From contig CAZLEV010000006.1 of the NCBI GenBank assembly GCA_964558645.1, positions 64,001 through 128,000 of the forward strand: 64,000 nt of DNA. The letters are read 5' to 3'. A program made the position numbers and the translations under genes. This document shows, one piece after another, positions 1-11,200 of the stretch. Position 1 is the stretch's first letter. Each line of letters starts with the position of its first letter. Origin of the DNA: an uncultured archaeon. Lineage in GTDB: Archaea > Asgardarchaeota > Thorarchaeia > Thorarchaeales > Thorarchaeaceae. Below the pieces are notes generated by a model. It saw only the letters and a program-made list of their open reading frames with translations. It was not told where the DNA came from and did not search any database.

Positions 1-167
1 GTTTCCGAAACCCATACTACCTTCTTACCGATTAGGATAGCCGCCTTATTTCGTGATGAGATGCCGTCAAATAGGAGTATCACTTGGTTTGGGTGTTGTA
101 GATGCTTCCCTCTCCGGTAGCTAGTGACCACACCCTTACGGCCTTTGACTGTATCACTCTCTGACAT
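1..167 (-). CDS. rpl35ae: 50S ribosomal protein L35Ae (eL33), 3'-truncated by the window edge
   Basis: Not in the ORF track. Manual translation from ATG at 167 gives MSESDTVKGRKGVVTSYRRGKHLQHPNQVILLFDGISSRNKAAILIGKKVVWVSET, which has the YRRG..Q..Q and IGKKVVW motifs of eL33. Confidence 0.9.
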   Translation of the reverse strand, partial: MSESDTVKGRKGVVTSYRRGKHLQHPNQVILLFDGISSRNKAAILIGKKVVWVSE

Positions 168-263
168 TTTCGGAATTCCCCGTGTAATCAGGTCTCGTTG
201 ACGCGCTAGAGACTCCATTTAAGACTTGCTGAATGAGCTACTCTGTTCGGAAATGGATTTCGT

Positions 264-890
264 CTAGGTTTCTATACCAGGTCCTTCATCCGCAGAGCCC
301 AATTTGGTATTCTGATTTGCGCTTCGCTTCTTTATCTCGTCTTCTTTCTCTAGAATAACATCGCGAACCGACCATCCCATCTTGTCTTGGCGTTGAGCAA
401 TCTGAAAGAGTGCAAACCATGTCCTTCCCTTCGAGGCAGATTCCGAAATGAGAAGATCGTCGATGATATTCCTTGCCCCTTCCACGAGGTATTCAGAGTT
501 GTCGAGCCGCCCCTCAACCCTTCTTCTTGCTTCAATCAAGTTGTGGACGCGTCTTGCCACGAGTACAGCCCCAACTATTGCCACCACTGCGACAAGAATA
601 ATGAAAGGCAGCAGCTCTACTATCATATAGATGCTCTCAAAAATGAGCGCGTAGATAACCACCGCGGCAATAGCCATCATATTCACAATCAACGATTCAG
701 ACGCAGCTCTTCTTACACTTCCAACTCGCCAATTATAGTATTTGGATAGTGGACCATTGGGTTCGCGGAAGTGAGTGATATCTCGCACATAATTATCTCT
801 CGCTTTTCGGACAACGAACATCCACAGGAATTGGAATCCCAATGCCGTTATTATGATGAGTAAAACAAAGCTGTCAAGTATCAGTTGCAT
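264..890 (-). CDS. Hypothetical membrane protein (about 3 TM helices)
   Basis: 208-aa ORF with three hydrophobic segments; no family recognised. Confidence 0.6.
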   Translation of the reverse strand: MQLILDSFVLLIIITALGFQFLWMFVVRKARDNYVRDITHFREPNGPLSKYYNWRVGSVRRAASESLIVNMMAIAAVVIYALIFESIYMIVELLPFIILVAVVAIVGAVLVARRVHNLIEARRRVEGRLDNSEYLVEGARNIIDDLLISESASKGRTWFALFQIAQRQDKMGWSVRDVILEKEDEIKKRSANQNTKLGSADEGPGIET

Positions 891-1157
891 GGCTAACTAT
901 CATGGACATTGGTTTAAAGCCTATTGAATACCGAATCCGCAGTATTACTTTCGGTCTTCTCTCCAGCATGGAAACGTACGGCCAACAAGACCATAACCTC
1001 ACGAAATCCTGAAGCGTTCTCAGACTGCTCATGCCATGGTAATTAGTTACGGAATGCGTGGGTTCGGGTCAAGCTCTCCCGGCAATCACCTGTGCTCACG
1101 CTCACTTCTTCTCTACAGAATGGTTTATCATCTATCGAATCTGGTTCGATATGAACG

Positions 1158-2087
1158 ATGATGGTGGATCCTGTAAGTCACATCTCAGTAGAAGTCAACA
1201 TGTCTGTGGCAGAGATTGTGCGTCAAATGGAACGAGTAGGGGTTCTGGGCGCAGGACGAATGGGTAGGGCAACAGAAATAGCTGCCCGAATGTTTGAGGA
1301 TCCCGATTGTTTCACATATTTGTCCATATCCGGCCCCATGGTACCGGGTGGAATGCGTCTTCTGATATCACACTTGGTCCGTGAGGGCTTGGTTGATGTA
1401 ATTGTGACCAGTGGTGCTAATATTGTGCATGATCTTATCGAAGCTTACAGTGGCAGACACTATCGCGTACCCCAAGGAAGAAACGACGTAGAGCTGAGGT
1501 CTGCAGGGATGGGACGAATTGCAGACATCTTTGTCAAAGACAATGACTTTGAGGAGCTGGAGGCAAGAATCTATCACCTTCTAGATAATCTAAGTGAACG
1601 AAAGCTGACCGGCCTTGCTCCAAGCGAATTTCTATCAGAACTGGGATCCACTCTGACGGATCCTTCATCGATTGTCAGGCAGGCATTTCTCAAAGGAGTA
1701 CCTATCTTCTCACCTGGACTCATGGACTCGATGCTCGGATTTCATATGTATACATTTAGCACTACAACCAGTTTCTCGCTTGACTTTGTCAAGGATCTCC
1801 GTATACTAGGAACAATGATAATGGAGGCAAAAAAGACCGGTGCTATAATGCTAGGCGGGGGACTCACAAAACACTTCACAATGGGAAGCACCATTCTGAA
1901 GGGGGGTCTCGATATGGCAGTCCAGATAACATTGGATCGACCAGAAGGTGGAAGCCTTGGCGGTGCTCCATTGGTGGAAGGTGTATCTTGGCAGAAGATG
2001 CAGAAGGATGCAGATTTTGAGACCGTGATAGGTGACGCCACTATCCTCTTCCCACTACTTGTAATCGGGGCTCTCAACAGAGAATGA
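1158..2087 (+). CDS. dys: Deoxyhypusine synthase
   Basis: SGPMVPGG, TSGANIVHD, LGGGLTKH and GSLGGAP..EGVSWQK (catalytic Lys) motifs; ends GDATILFPL. Confidence 0.92.
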   Translation: MMVDPVSHISVEVNMSVAEIVRQMERVGVLGAGRMGRATEIAARMFEDPDCFTYLSISGPMVPGGMRLLISHLVREGLVDVIVTSGANIVHDLIEAYSGRHYRVPQGRNDVELRSAGMGRIADIFVKDNDFEELEARIYHLLDNLSERKLTGLAPSEFLSELGSTLTDPSSIVRQAFLKGVPIFSPGLMDSMLGFHMYTFSTTTSFSLDFVKDLRILGTMIMEAKKTGAIMLGGGLTKHFTMGSTILKGGLDMAVQITLDRPEGGSLGGAPLVEGVSWQKMQKDADFETVIGDATILFPLLVIGALNRE

Positions 2088-2345
2088 GTTACCCACGCCA
2101 TGGACATTCCTTGAAGACTGAGCATCAACGCCCGCACCTTGACGGTTTGCTGGAAAAAGCCTATCTGGACAGTCGACAGGTGGTAACCGAGAACATCGAT
2201 CTCGCCCCGTTGAAAACGAAACAACTCTCAAGCTGTCACTCCTTCATTGAGAGACCCATGCCAAAATCCTTTTATTCAGACCTCAAGGCGTTGCAATGAA
2301 TCTAGCCACTCAAGGCCATAGACCGATTGACCAAGGTGAATCAAA

Positions 2346-2891
2346 ATGGGTAAACGACCAGGTCACTGCTATAGAGAACAAAACCGTCCTCCATATGTGC
2401 GCAAACGGTATATTCACAGGCAGCCAGCCTCCCGTATCGTATCATTTGATATGGGAACCACGAACGGAAGCTTTGAAGTCGTCATGTCCTTGGTCGGTCT
2501 TGAAACATGTCAGATCCGTCACCAGGCGCTTGAGGCGGCGAGGATTGCTGCTAACCGGTGGTTGCTCAGGAATGCAACACGCCGTAACTACCATCTCCGT
2601 GTGCGGGTCAAGCCGTTTCACTATCTACGTGAAAACAAGATGATTTCAGGCGCTGGCGCAGACCGTGTTCAGGATGGTATGAGAAAGGCTTTTGGCAAGG
2701 TCATAGGCCTTGCAGCAAGAGTCGATGCCGGACAGCCTCTTATGACTGTACGTGTCAATAGAGAACATATTGGGGTAGCCATGAAGGCTCTTAAGAAAGC
2801 TGCACCAAAGCTGCCAACTCCTTGCAAAGTTGTATTTGATGAGATTGACCCCGAGCTGGCCCGGAAGATGGGCTACGGCTATGCTGAGTGA
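2346..2891 (+). CDS. rpl10e: 50S ribosomal protein L16/L10e (uL16)
   Basis: MGKRPGHCYR start, QIRHQALEAARIAANR, LRENKMISGAGADRVQDGMRKAFGK. Confidence 0.97.
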   Translation: MGKRPGHCYREQNRPPYVRKRYIHRQPASRIVSFDMGTTNGSFEVVMSLVGLETCQIRHQALEAARIAANRWLLRNATRRNYHLRVRVKPFHYLRENKMISGAGADRVQDGMRKAFGKVIGLAARVDAGQPLMTVRVNREHIGVAMKALKKAAPKLPTPCKVVFDEIDPELARKMGYGYAE

Positions 2892-3640
2892 TTCCTCCTA
2901 GATTCTCTTAGGCTCTCCAAGATTTTGCGTATTGTGCCTATGAGGGTTGTGACTTCGCGTCCGGTGAGATATGAACGGCCCAACAAATTCTCAAATACTT
3001 GCTTAACAAGTGGCCTTCTGAAGTCACGGAAGGAAACCATATCAACCAGTTCATTGAAGAATATGGTAGCCTGCTTTTTCTCCGTCCTATTGGCAGGACG
3101 GGCAGACGATCGCGAGAAATCTTCCACGCTTGAATACTGCACAAACATATGGTAGAGGGTCACGGCCACTGCATGACTGAGATTGATGCTGGTATACCTC
3201 TCAGAAACAGGAATTGAGAATGCTAGGTCGCAGACGGCGACTTCTTGGTTTGTAAGACCTGAACTCTCTCGTCCGAATACAAGAGCCACTCTTCCATCCA
3301 GTGAGAGTGGGTTTGGGAGTTCTGGCAAGGGAACCACCGCTCTTGTTACACTGTGATTTCCACCTATCCGGGCGGTGGCAGCCCATGAAGCGTGAATACC
3401 ATTCAGAGCTGATTCAAGAGTTTCAAAGATAGTAGCCGATTCCAGAATCCCTAGGGCATGAACTGAGTAGATCTGCGCCTCCTCCTCCTCGCGAGGGTCT
3501 GTACCCACAATTCGGAGATCCGTGACGCCGAAATTCGCCATGACCCGGGCAGTGAAACCTACATTGCCCGGGGTTTCTGGTTCTACGAGTACTACTGTAA
3601 GTCGATCAAGTTCAGCAGCCTCACTTGTCATCAAGACCAT
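2879..3640 (-). CDS. trmJ: SPOUT RNA methyltransferase, TrmJ family
   Basis: VVLVEPETPGNVGFTARVMANFG, VFGRESSGLTNQE, SINLSHAVAV. Confidence 0.88.
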   Translation of the reverse strand: MVLMTSEAAELDRLTVVLVEPETPGNVGFTARVMANFGVTDLRIVGTDPREEEEAQIYSVHALGILESATIFETLESALNGIHASWAATARIGGNHSVTRAVVPLPELPNPLSLDGRVALVFGRESSGLTNQEVAVCDLAFSIPVSERYTSINLSHAVAVTLYHMFVQYSSVEDFSRSSARPANRTEKKQATIFFNELVDMVSFRDFRRPLVKQVFENLLGRSYLTGREVTTLIGTIRKILESLRESRRNHSA

Positions 3641-3653
3641 CTCATCCGTTATA

Positions 3654-4832
3654 TTAGCGATGCATCAACTGAAGCACGTCACCGTCTCGAAGAGAGTAGT
3701 TCAGGCCCACCTGTCTTCTCTTTATCTTCGACTCGTTTCGAATGATAACTGCGGCTCTGAATTTCTCCACGAACAGCTCCTTGTGGACCTTCTCGGCAGC
3801 ATCTTCTACTACCGATCCTTCTGGCAGGACTATGGGTCTGTCTTCTCTCTTCTTCCCGGGAGTCTTCGTATAGACACGGAGAATATCGAGATGCTCATAC
3901 ATGGCCCATTTCATCTTGTCAAGATTGTCATTGCTCTTGATGCTGACTGGAACTATGTGAAACCTCTCCCCGTATTTCTCTTGAAGCTCCTTGTATCGTG
4001 CCTCGGAGTGTGCTGCATCACCCTTTGTTGCAACCATCATAGCACGGATGTAGGCCACGCTTGAATCAAGGGCATCTTGCAGATGCTCTAAAGTTGCCGG
4101 CATCTGAAAACGCACAATCATATTGGTAATCTTTCTGTCTTTCAGATACTCAATGACTTCGTCCTTCGAACCCTCATAGTAGTGCGCCCCGTAGATCATG
4201 AGACCGCCCATTCCTGTTCGCTCTACCCTGACTGCGCTCCTTTCCCGGTTCAGCCTGATTCTCGCCTTGTCAAGTTCTCCCATGATTATGCTCATTTGCC
4301 TGTCGATATCTTGGGACAAGTCAACAACCAGGGCAATGCAATCAGAATTCCGAGCCACTGACAATGATTGACGGCCGATTGCAGAATCATAGCTCCCCTG
4401 AAAAAGACCGGGGAGCTCAACCAACTGGATGTTGATGTCTTCGAGATGCATCATTGCCGGTGTTGGGATTGGTGTGGAGAGTGGATAGTCCGCCACCGTT
4501 AGATCTGCATTTGTTACAGTGTTGACAAGGGCCGATTTGCCACTGTTTGTTACCCCAATAAGGCATATCTGACCCGCACCCTCCTTTCGGATAACGCCTT
4601 CCTCAGGGCCTGCACTGGACCTGCGCTGTCTGTCCTGCTCCCTCTTCTTTTCTAGTTCAGCCTTTAGTTTGGCAAGCTTCTTGCGATAGTCGCCAACCAT
4701 CCTCTCGGCGCCCTTATGATTGGGGGCAAGTCCGAGAAGCTTCTCAAGTTCTACTATCCTCTGTTCGAGACCTTCTGTATCCTCATAGATTTGCCGCTGT
4801 TTATCGAATTCTGGAGTGACGTTGGTTGGCAA
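3654..4832 (-). CDS. DRG/OBG-family GTPase with C-terminal TGS domain
   Basis: MPTN start (TTG), PNHKGAE, G1 GVTNSGKS, YPLST, RVYTKTPG, TGS domain ending LRDGDVL. Confidence 0.9.
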   Translation of the reverse strand: MPTNVTPEFDKQRQIYEDTEGLEQRIVELEKLLGLAPNHKGAERMVGDYRKKLAKLKAELEKKREQDRQRRSSAGPEEGVIRKEGAGQICLIGVTNSGKSALVNTVTNADLTVADYPLSTPIPTPAMMHLEDINIQLVELPGLFQGSYDSAIGRQSLSVARNSDCIALVVDLSQDIDRQMSIIMGELDKARIRLNRERSAVRVERTGMGGLMIYGAHYYEGSKDEVIEYLKDRKITNMIVRFQMPATLEHLQDALDSSVAYIRAMMVATKGDAAHSEARYKELQEKYGERFHIVPVSIKSNDNLDKMKWAMYEHLDILRVYTKTPGKKREDRPIVLPEGSVVEDAAEKVHKELFVEKFRAAVIIRNESKIKRRQVGLNYSLRDGDVLQLMHR

Positions 4833-4913
4833 TCTGACTCATACTCGTGGATTGGCTTTGGATATTTGATATCTTTGTCTGACTCATTATGAAGCTTTCC
4901 TAAAGGAGAAATC

Positions 4914-5516
4914 TCATGAATAGTCAAAAGCTCTGTTCAAATCATTGATGAAACGTTCAGGGTGTTTCATCTTATGAAGACGCTTGAAGGGAACCTCCTG
5001 AGGAAGGATGGTCGATGAATCACCGATTGCATACACGAAGACACCTTGTGGGTTCAGACTGATTTGGTCGGGAAGTTTGTCTGATGCTTGATCCGCTAAG
5101 TACATCGACCTCTTAGAGAAGGAACCGAAAATAGTTCCCTTCGTCCCCTTCTCCAATCGAATTCCATTATCCATGGTCATCTTTTGGCCCAGATCCATTT
5201 CGTCAAGATGCTGGGTGGCCTTCATGATAAAGAACGAGATTGAGCGCTCATCAGGTGAAACCCGCTTCAGTTCATCTCCCGGAAATGTGATGAGCGAAAC
5301 CAGATTGTGTTCAGAACGGCCTAACGATATTTCAACATCCCTTCTCAGGTCTCTAGAAACAAATAGTGATGTGTTCACACATCGGCAGGCTGTCACCAAA
5401 TTAGCTGGATTCATCCCGGCTCTGATCATACGCTTCTCAACCGGAATTGAATCGAACAGCACCATATACGTGCGCAAAGAAACCATCAGCCTCGCTAGAA
5501 CCTCCAGTGGTTCCAC
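4914..5516 (-). CDS. TrmY-like (tRNA pseudouridine-54 N1-methyltransferase) SPOUT protein with divergent C-terminus
   Basis: CRCVNTSLFVSRDLRRDVE and GDELKRVSPDERSI match the TrmY N-terminal half; the C-terminal SAM-knot motifs are poorly conserved. Confidence 0.6.
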   Translation of the reverse strand: MEPLEVLARLMVSLRTYMVLFDSIPVEKRMIRAGMNPANLVTACRCVNTSLFVSRDLRRDVEISLGRSEHNLVSLITFPGDELKRVSPDERSISFFIMKATQHLDEMDLGQKMTMDNGIRLEKGTKGTIFGSFSKRSMYLADQASDKLPDQISLNPQGVFVYAIGDSSTILPQEVPFKRLHKMKHPERFINDLNRAFDYS

Positions 5517-6859
5517 TACATCCCGGGCATTCCGGGGATTCCTGGAAAGCCCCCCCGTCTCCCTCTCCGTTGCTTGCTCATAGCCTTCATCATCTTCTTC
5601 ATCTGTTCGTACTGCTTTAGAAGCTCTCTGACATCTTCGGGTTGGACCCCTGCGCCTCGTGCGATGCGCTTTATTCGTGAAGACTTGATGACCTTTGGAT
5701 TGTTGAGCTCTTCTTTCGTCATCGAGTTCATGATGACCTCGAATTTTCGGAGGTTCTCCTCTTGGAGTTCTGCCACATCATCGGGAAGCTTATACTGTAG
5801 TCCCAACATCTCCATGACCTTTCCAATTGGCCCCATCTTCTTCAGCTGCTTCATCTGAACCATCATGTCTTTCAGTGTAAACTGTCCCTTCATCAGGCGC
5901 ATGGCCGCATCTTCATCAACATCTATCTGAGCCTCTCGGACCTTATCAATGAGACCCTTGATGTCCGACATTCCTAGAAGTCTTCCCGCGAACTTGGTGG
6001 GATTGAATGTTTCAATGGCATCCATCCCCTCACCGACCCCTATGAACTTGATTGGCGCGCCCGTAGCGGCTACAGCAGATAGCGCACCGCCTCCCTTTGC
6101 TCCACCATCGAGTTTGGTAACGATTATGGATCCGATGTCAGTTGCCTCTTTGAAAGCAGCAGCCTGAACACTAGCCTGTTGCCCCAAGGTGCCATCAATC
6201 ACCAAGATGATTTCCTGGGGTTTCACTGCTTTCGCGATATCCTTCATTTCTTTGATGAGTCCAGATTCCTCTCTATGCCGACCGGATGTGTCTATGAGAA
6301 TGAGCTCTACGTCTTTCCTCTTCATCTCCTCGACACCCCGCTTAGCGAGTTTGGAGGCTTTGTCTTCCTTCTCATCACCGTAGAATGGAACATTGGATTT
6401 GTCGGCCAGTTGTTTGAGTTGGTTGTATGCGCCCGGTCGGAAGTTATCGGCACATATTACTCCACTGCGAATACCCCTCTTCTGATAATATCGAGCAAGC
6501 TTACCCACAGTAGTTGTCTTCCCCGACCCCTGTATCCCAACAAGCATGATGACATTGGGCTGACCCGGGTGTATTGTAAGAGGGACTGGCTTTTCTCCTA
6601 AGAAGAGGGCAAGATTGTCCCATACAACTCGTACAATATGCTCTCGTCTGGATACGCCCCGCGGAAGGCTTTCATCAAGGGCTTGTTCCTCCACTCTCTT
6701 AGTTATTGCAAGAACAAGATTCACGTCAACATCCGCTTGTAAGAGTGCTCGCTGAAGATCTCTGACGAGTTCTTTGACAAGCTCTTCATCGATGACGCTT
6801 GCACCGAAGAGCTTCTTCAGAGCGGAATTGAGTGACCTTCCCAGACTTTCTAAGACCAA
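5516..6859 (-). CDS. srp54: Signal recognition particle protein SRP54
   Basis: GIQGSGKTTT, DTSGRH, TKLDG, Met-rich M domain with SRIKRIARGAG. Likely TTG start at 6859 with a GGTGA RBS. Confidence 0.97.
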   Translation of the reverse strand: MVLESLGRSLNSALKKLFGASVIDEELVKELVRDLQRALLQADVDVNLVLAITKRVEEQALDESLPRGVSRREHIVRVVWDNLALFLGEKPVPLTIHPGQPNVIMLVGIQGSGKTTTVGKLARYYQKRGIRSGVICADNFRPGAYNQLKQLADKSNVPFYGDEKEDKASKLAKRGVEEMKRKDVELILIDTSGRHREESGLIKEMKDIAKAVKPQEIILVIDGTLGQQASVQAAAFKEATDIGSIIVTKLDGGAKGGGALSAVAATGAPIKFIGVGEGMDAIETFNPTKFAGRLLGMSDIKGLIDKVREAQIDVDEDAAMRLMKGQFTLKDMMVQMKQLKKMGPIGKVMEMLGLQYKLPDDVAELQEENLRKFEVIMNSMTKEELNNPKVIKSSRIKRIARGAGVQPEDVRELLKQYEQMKKMMKAMSKQRRGRRGGFPGIPGMPGM

Positions 6860-6995
6860 GTCAATATCACCAATCTTACGGTCCTTTGTCAAGCAGTGCA
6901 CATATCAACCTTCGCCTATCTTTAAACACTAATTCGGATGGGAAAGCCTAATACCTAGTTAAGGAGGGAAAAGTCACAGTTCAAAGGTGATCGGT

Positions 6996-7478
6996 TTGGT
7001 CAAGAAGAGTGACAAAATCAGGATTGTCAAAATACACAATGGAACCGTGATTGATCATATTCGTGCGGGTCATGCACTTGAAGTGCTACAGATCTTGGGA
7101 ATCTCCGGCAAAGAAGGAAATACGGTCACCTTGGCAATGAACATCTCAAGTTCCAGAATCAGCACCAAGGATATTGTGAAAGTCGAAGAGCGGTTCCTCG
7201 AGGATGAGGAGGTTGCACGCATAGCTCTCGTAGCACCCGAAGCAACAATCAACCTCATCAAGGATGACGAGGTTGTCCGGAAGACTCGCGTCAAGCTTCC
7301 GTCCACCTTCACTAATATAGTCCAATGTCCTAATACGCGATGTATAACCAATAAGGAACGTGAGCCCATAGAACCCAAGTACCAAGTTGTTTCCATGTCG
7401 CCGATACGAATCAAATGCCTGTATTGCTGGACCCTACTAGACGAGCACGAGATTGTAGAGCAGTTCACGGCGAACTGA
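6996..7478 (+). CDS. pyrI: Aspartate carbamoyltransferase regulatory chain
   Basis: IHNGTVIDHI, KDIVKVE, APEATIN, Zn ligands CPNTRCIT...CLYC. TTG start after GGTGA. Confidence 0.95.
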   Translation: MVKKSDKIRIVKIHNGTVIDHIRAGHALEVLQILGISGKEGNTVTLAMNISSSRISTKDIVKVEERFLEDEEVARIALVAPEATINLIKDDEVVRKTRVKLPSTFTNIVQCPNTRCITNKEREPIEPKYQVVSMSPIRIKCLYCWTLLDEHEIVEQFTAN

Positions 7479-7655
7479 GGCGATTAGATCCAAAATCCCA
7501 TCTGGAGAACTCGAGTGAACAATGTCCATGGTATAGCTTGTACTCTGACTGCGAAGTGCAGAAGAGAGAGCCTATATGCTGTGCTAACAGAAGATATAAA
7601 CGGGTCAGTTGAGAAGAGAGAATAGATTCGCAGAAGCCCCAGGAGAAGGAAAGAG

Positions 7656-8024
7656 ATGGTTGATGAATCAAGAATCAAAACCATAGTTGCCGATACAATG
7701 GCTGCAAATGCAGACATTCAAGGTATGATTGTATGTGATGCTGAGGGAAATGTGGTTTTTGGCCATACAATCACTGGTGACATCAAACACGGCGAAGTTG
7801 CCAATCTGGCTGTCAATATAGCCTCAAATTCGGCACAAATGGTCAGTGGGCTCGATAAGGGGGGCCTAAATGAGATAGCAATAGCGGCTGACAAAGGACT
7901 TGTCATTATCCTCGGCGATGTCAAGCTGGTTCTTGCAGCAATAGCTGGAGAGAACGCTCGGGAATCCATGGGTCTAATTAGGATGGCCGTCAAGCGCGCG
8001 CTAGTCAACATGCTAACAGAATAA
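7656..8024 (+). CDS. Roadblock/LC7 (MglB-like) domain protein
   Basis: 122 aa; helix, then IQGMIVCDAEGNVV, helix, strands, and a C-terminal MGLIRMAVKRA helix, the typical roadblock pattern. Confidence 0.75.
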   Translation: MVDESRIKTIVADTMAANADIQGMIVCDAEGNVVFGHTITGDIKHGEVANLAVNIASNSAQMVSGLDKGGLNEIAIAADKGLVIILGDVKLVLAAIAGENARESMGLIRMAVKRALVNMLTE

Positions 8025-8036
8025 AGAGTCAGACAG

Positions 8037-8054
8037 AGCTACCTTTTTGTAGCT
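8037..8054 (+). terminator. Hairpin after the roadblock gene (possible terminator)
   Basis: AGCTAC-CTTTTT-GTAGCT perfect inverted repeat 12 nt after the stop codon. Confidence 0.35.
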
Positions 8055-8218
8055 AACAACAGTAGCACGACGCAATCGAGAGTATACCTCGATGAGCCCA
8101 GAGTAATACTTAGGTATTACCAAGTGTATTTAGGAGTCTGTATCCTCCTAGTGATATAGAAACAGAATTTCACAGTGTATATTGCTGATGTAAGAATGGT
8201 CATGGATGGGAAGGTGTC

Positions 8219-11200
8219 TTGGTTCACATAGAGAAGCTAGTATGCAAGGGCTTCAAGAGTTTCGGCCGAGATACCGTTACAATAAAGTTCAGCAAGGGGT
8301 TTACATGCATTGTTGGGCCAAATGGTTCGGGAAAGTCAAACGTAATTGATGCCGTCCTTTTCGTCCTCGGACAGCTTAGCGCAAAAACCCTTCGCGCGAA
8401 TGTGTTCTCGGATCTCCTCTATTCGCCGCCCAAGCCGGATATGCCGCCTAAAGCCAGCAAGGCATCGGTTGAGCTCTATTTCAACAACAAAGACCGTAAG
8501 TTGCAGATTGAGTCTGATAGAGTAGTAATAGAGAGAGAGCTTGACGAATCAGGAAGTTCAACATGTAGAATCAACGGAAAGAATGTAACGCGTTCCACAG
8601 TGCTGGACATTCTTGGTGGAATCGGCGTAGACCCAAATGGGTACAATCTGGTACTCCAAGGGGAGATCGCTCAGATGGTCCAAGTCAGTCCTAATGACCG
8701 ACGAAAACTCATCGAAGAGATAGCTGGAATCTCAGCCTATGACGAGCAGAAAGAGCGAGCAATGAAAAAGCTGGCCGAGAGTGAAACGAATCTATCAAGA
8801 GTTGAAACTCAGCTTCAGGAGAGAAGAAGGCAGCTTGAGAAATTAGAATATGAGAGAACCGATGCGCTCCGCCATCAGAATCTGAGAAACCAGATTCAGG
8901 ATATTCAAATCGATAACCTTGCTTGGACCATAATCAAGTCAAGTACGAGAATTGATACAATCAATGAAACGCTTGCAGAAAGAGCAGAAGAAGCGGAGAA
9001 ACTCAACAGAGAACTCGTACAGGTTGAACAAGAAATAGAGAATGCGGAATCCGAAATCGATGGTATTGATAGTCAGATAGATCAGATTACCGGAGGGGAT
9101 TCCGCAAGAGTTTCTGAGCAGTACGGCATTATCTCTGCAGCAGTAGATCACATCCGAAACGACTTGGAGAGAGCCGAAAATGCATTCAAGGAGAAGCGAG
9201 ATGAACGCCACTCATTGAAGGAACAGCTCGGTTCTGTGCAGCAAGAACTGGAACTGGCTGATAATCAGGCCAAATCAAAGCGAAAGGAACTGGAAGCTCT
9301 GAATATCGAGATTGATAGGACAACTGACCAGATAGGAGCCCTCGAAGAGAGCCTCAATCGTGAACAAGAGAGTTACTACGAAACACAGCAAAAGCTTCAG
9401 GATCTCAACAATCAGATGGTGTCTCTTGACGAGGCCGTATCTGACGTGCGTTCAGCAATAAAGTCACACGAGAGAGAGTTAGGTTTGGCCTATGAGGAGC
9501 TTCGGGATGCAACCGAAGGGCTTGAGCGCACAAGAACTGAGCTTCAGGAACTACAAGAGACTGTTCCAGCAAAGAGAGAAAGTCTCAAAGAATCTGACAA
9601 GGAAGAGGAGAAGAAACAGAGAGAACTGGAAACTGTGAATGCACGGCTAGAGACTGTTGATGCAGAGGTCAGCGAAGCTGCAGATGTGTTGAGTTCCGCT
9701 AGAGAAGAGCTCATCAAGTTTCAGGCCAGACAAGATGCCCTCAAGGAGGCTGAAGAGGCCTTTCTGAAAAGAAAGAGAGCTGTGGCACGAGTATTGGAAT
9801 TGCGTGACAATGATATCATCGAAGGAGTACACGGCACCGTTGCAGAGCTTGGCACAATAGACCCCGACTATGCAATTGCCATGGAGATTGCAGGTGGAAG
9901 TAGACTGAGCTATGTGGTGGTTGAAGATGAAGAGGTTGCCACCAAGTGCGTGAACATCCTGAAACGAGACAGGGTCGGACGCGCGTCCTTCATTCCACTT
10001 GACAAGATTCGCACGAGAAGTCCCGGCAGAACATCTGATGAGATTGGTGTCATTGGCTATGCAATAGACTTGGTAAGCTTCGATCCAAAGTTCCAAGCTG
10101 CATTTGAGTTCACATTCTCTGATACTATAGTCACAGAGGATTTTGAATCAGCAAAACGACTTGGTTTCAAGGGTAAACGAGCAGTGACCCTTGATGGGGA
10201 TCTGGTGGAGAGGTCAGGTCTCATAACAGGGGGACACTACACAAGGGGAGGATCAGGGCTCACCCTTCAACTCGAGGATAAGAGTCCTGAGATTATTAGG
10301 AAGCTTCAGGGTCTAGAGGGGATCCATGCAAATCTAAGGAAGAAACAGGACGATCTCAGGGGAAAGAAGAAGGAACTAAGTCTAGAAATCCAAGAGCTTT
10401 CGAAGCACAACTATCGTAAGAGAATCGAGCTCGAAAGAGATGAGGAGAACCTTCAAGAGAAATCAGCTCGAGAAGAGGCACTCCAAGAGATCATCCAGAA
10501 GTCCGAAGTTTCCATTGAGGCATTTGAACAGCAGATTGCGGAGCTAAGAGAGAGAGACCGAGAACTCTCGGCACATCGGGAACATATCCGAGAACAGAGA
10601 GACAGCTGTAACGAGATCCTTGCAAAGTCAGATGCTTCGAAAATCACCCAAGATATGAAGGACCTGAAAGAAGTCCTCGAGCACATGAGACGAAGGAGAG
10701 ACCGTCTTCATAGTGAAGTGACTGGCTTTGAAGTGGCAATCGACGAACGTCTAGAACCAAAAACTGTTGAGCTGGAGATGCGATTGCAGGCCCTTGCTGC
10801 GGTAATTCCTGAACTGAAGGAAGAAACCGAGAATCTACGCACGAAACTCTCTGATAAGGAAGAAGAGATGCTAGATCTGAGGTCTGAGAGAGAAAGGATT
10901 GAAGATGCTGTAAAAGACAAAAGAGTCAGACAGGTCAGACTGAAAGAGGACCTACGTAATCTCCGATTGAGGCATGAAGAAATCAGGGAAGAGCAAACGA
11001 ACAATGAGAAGGCAGTCTATCGCCTCCAGACTGAGCAGTCACGATTGGAGGAGGACATAGTTGCCCTCAGAGCGGAGTTAGGCAATCTCTCTGAAGTGGA
11101 CGAGGAGCTTGAAGCAAGAGAAGAGAAGGAAGAGCTCACCTATAGAGAAATAGAAGAGCTAGAGGAGAAAATCAAAGAGCTGGAGCGAGAGCTAGAGGAG

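Noticed and set aside
2084-2299. Short ORFs between dys and rpl10e, including a Cys-rich minus frame with internal stops
   Set aside because: No recognisable family. The minus frame contains both TAG and TGA, so read-through or Sec recoding is unsupported.
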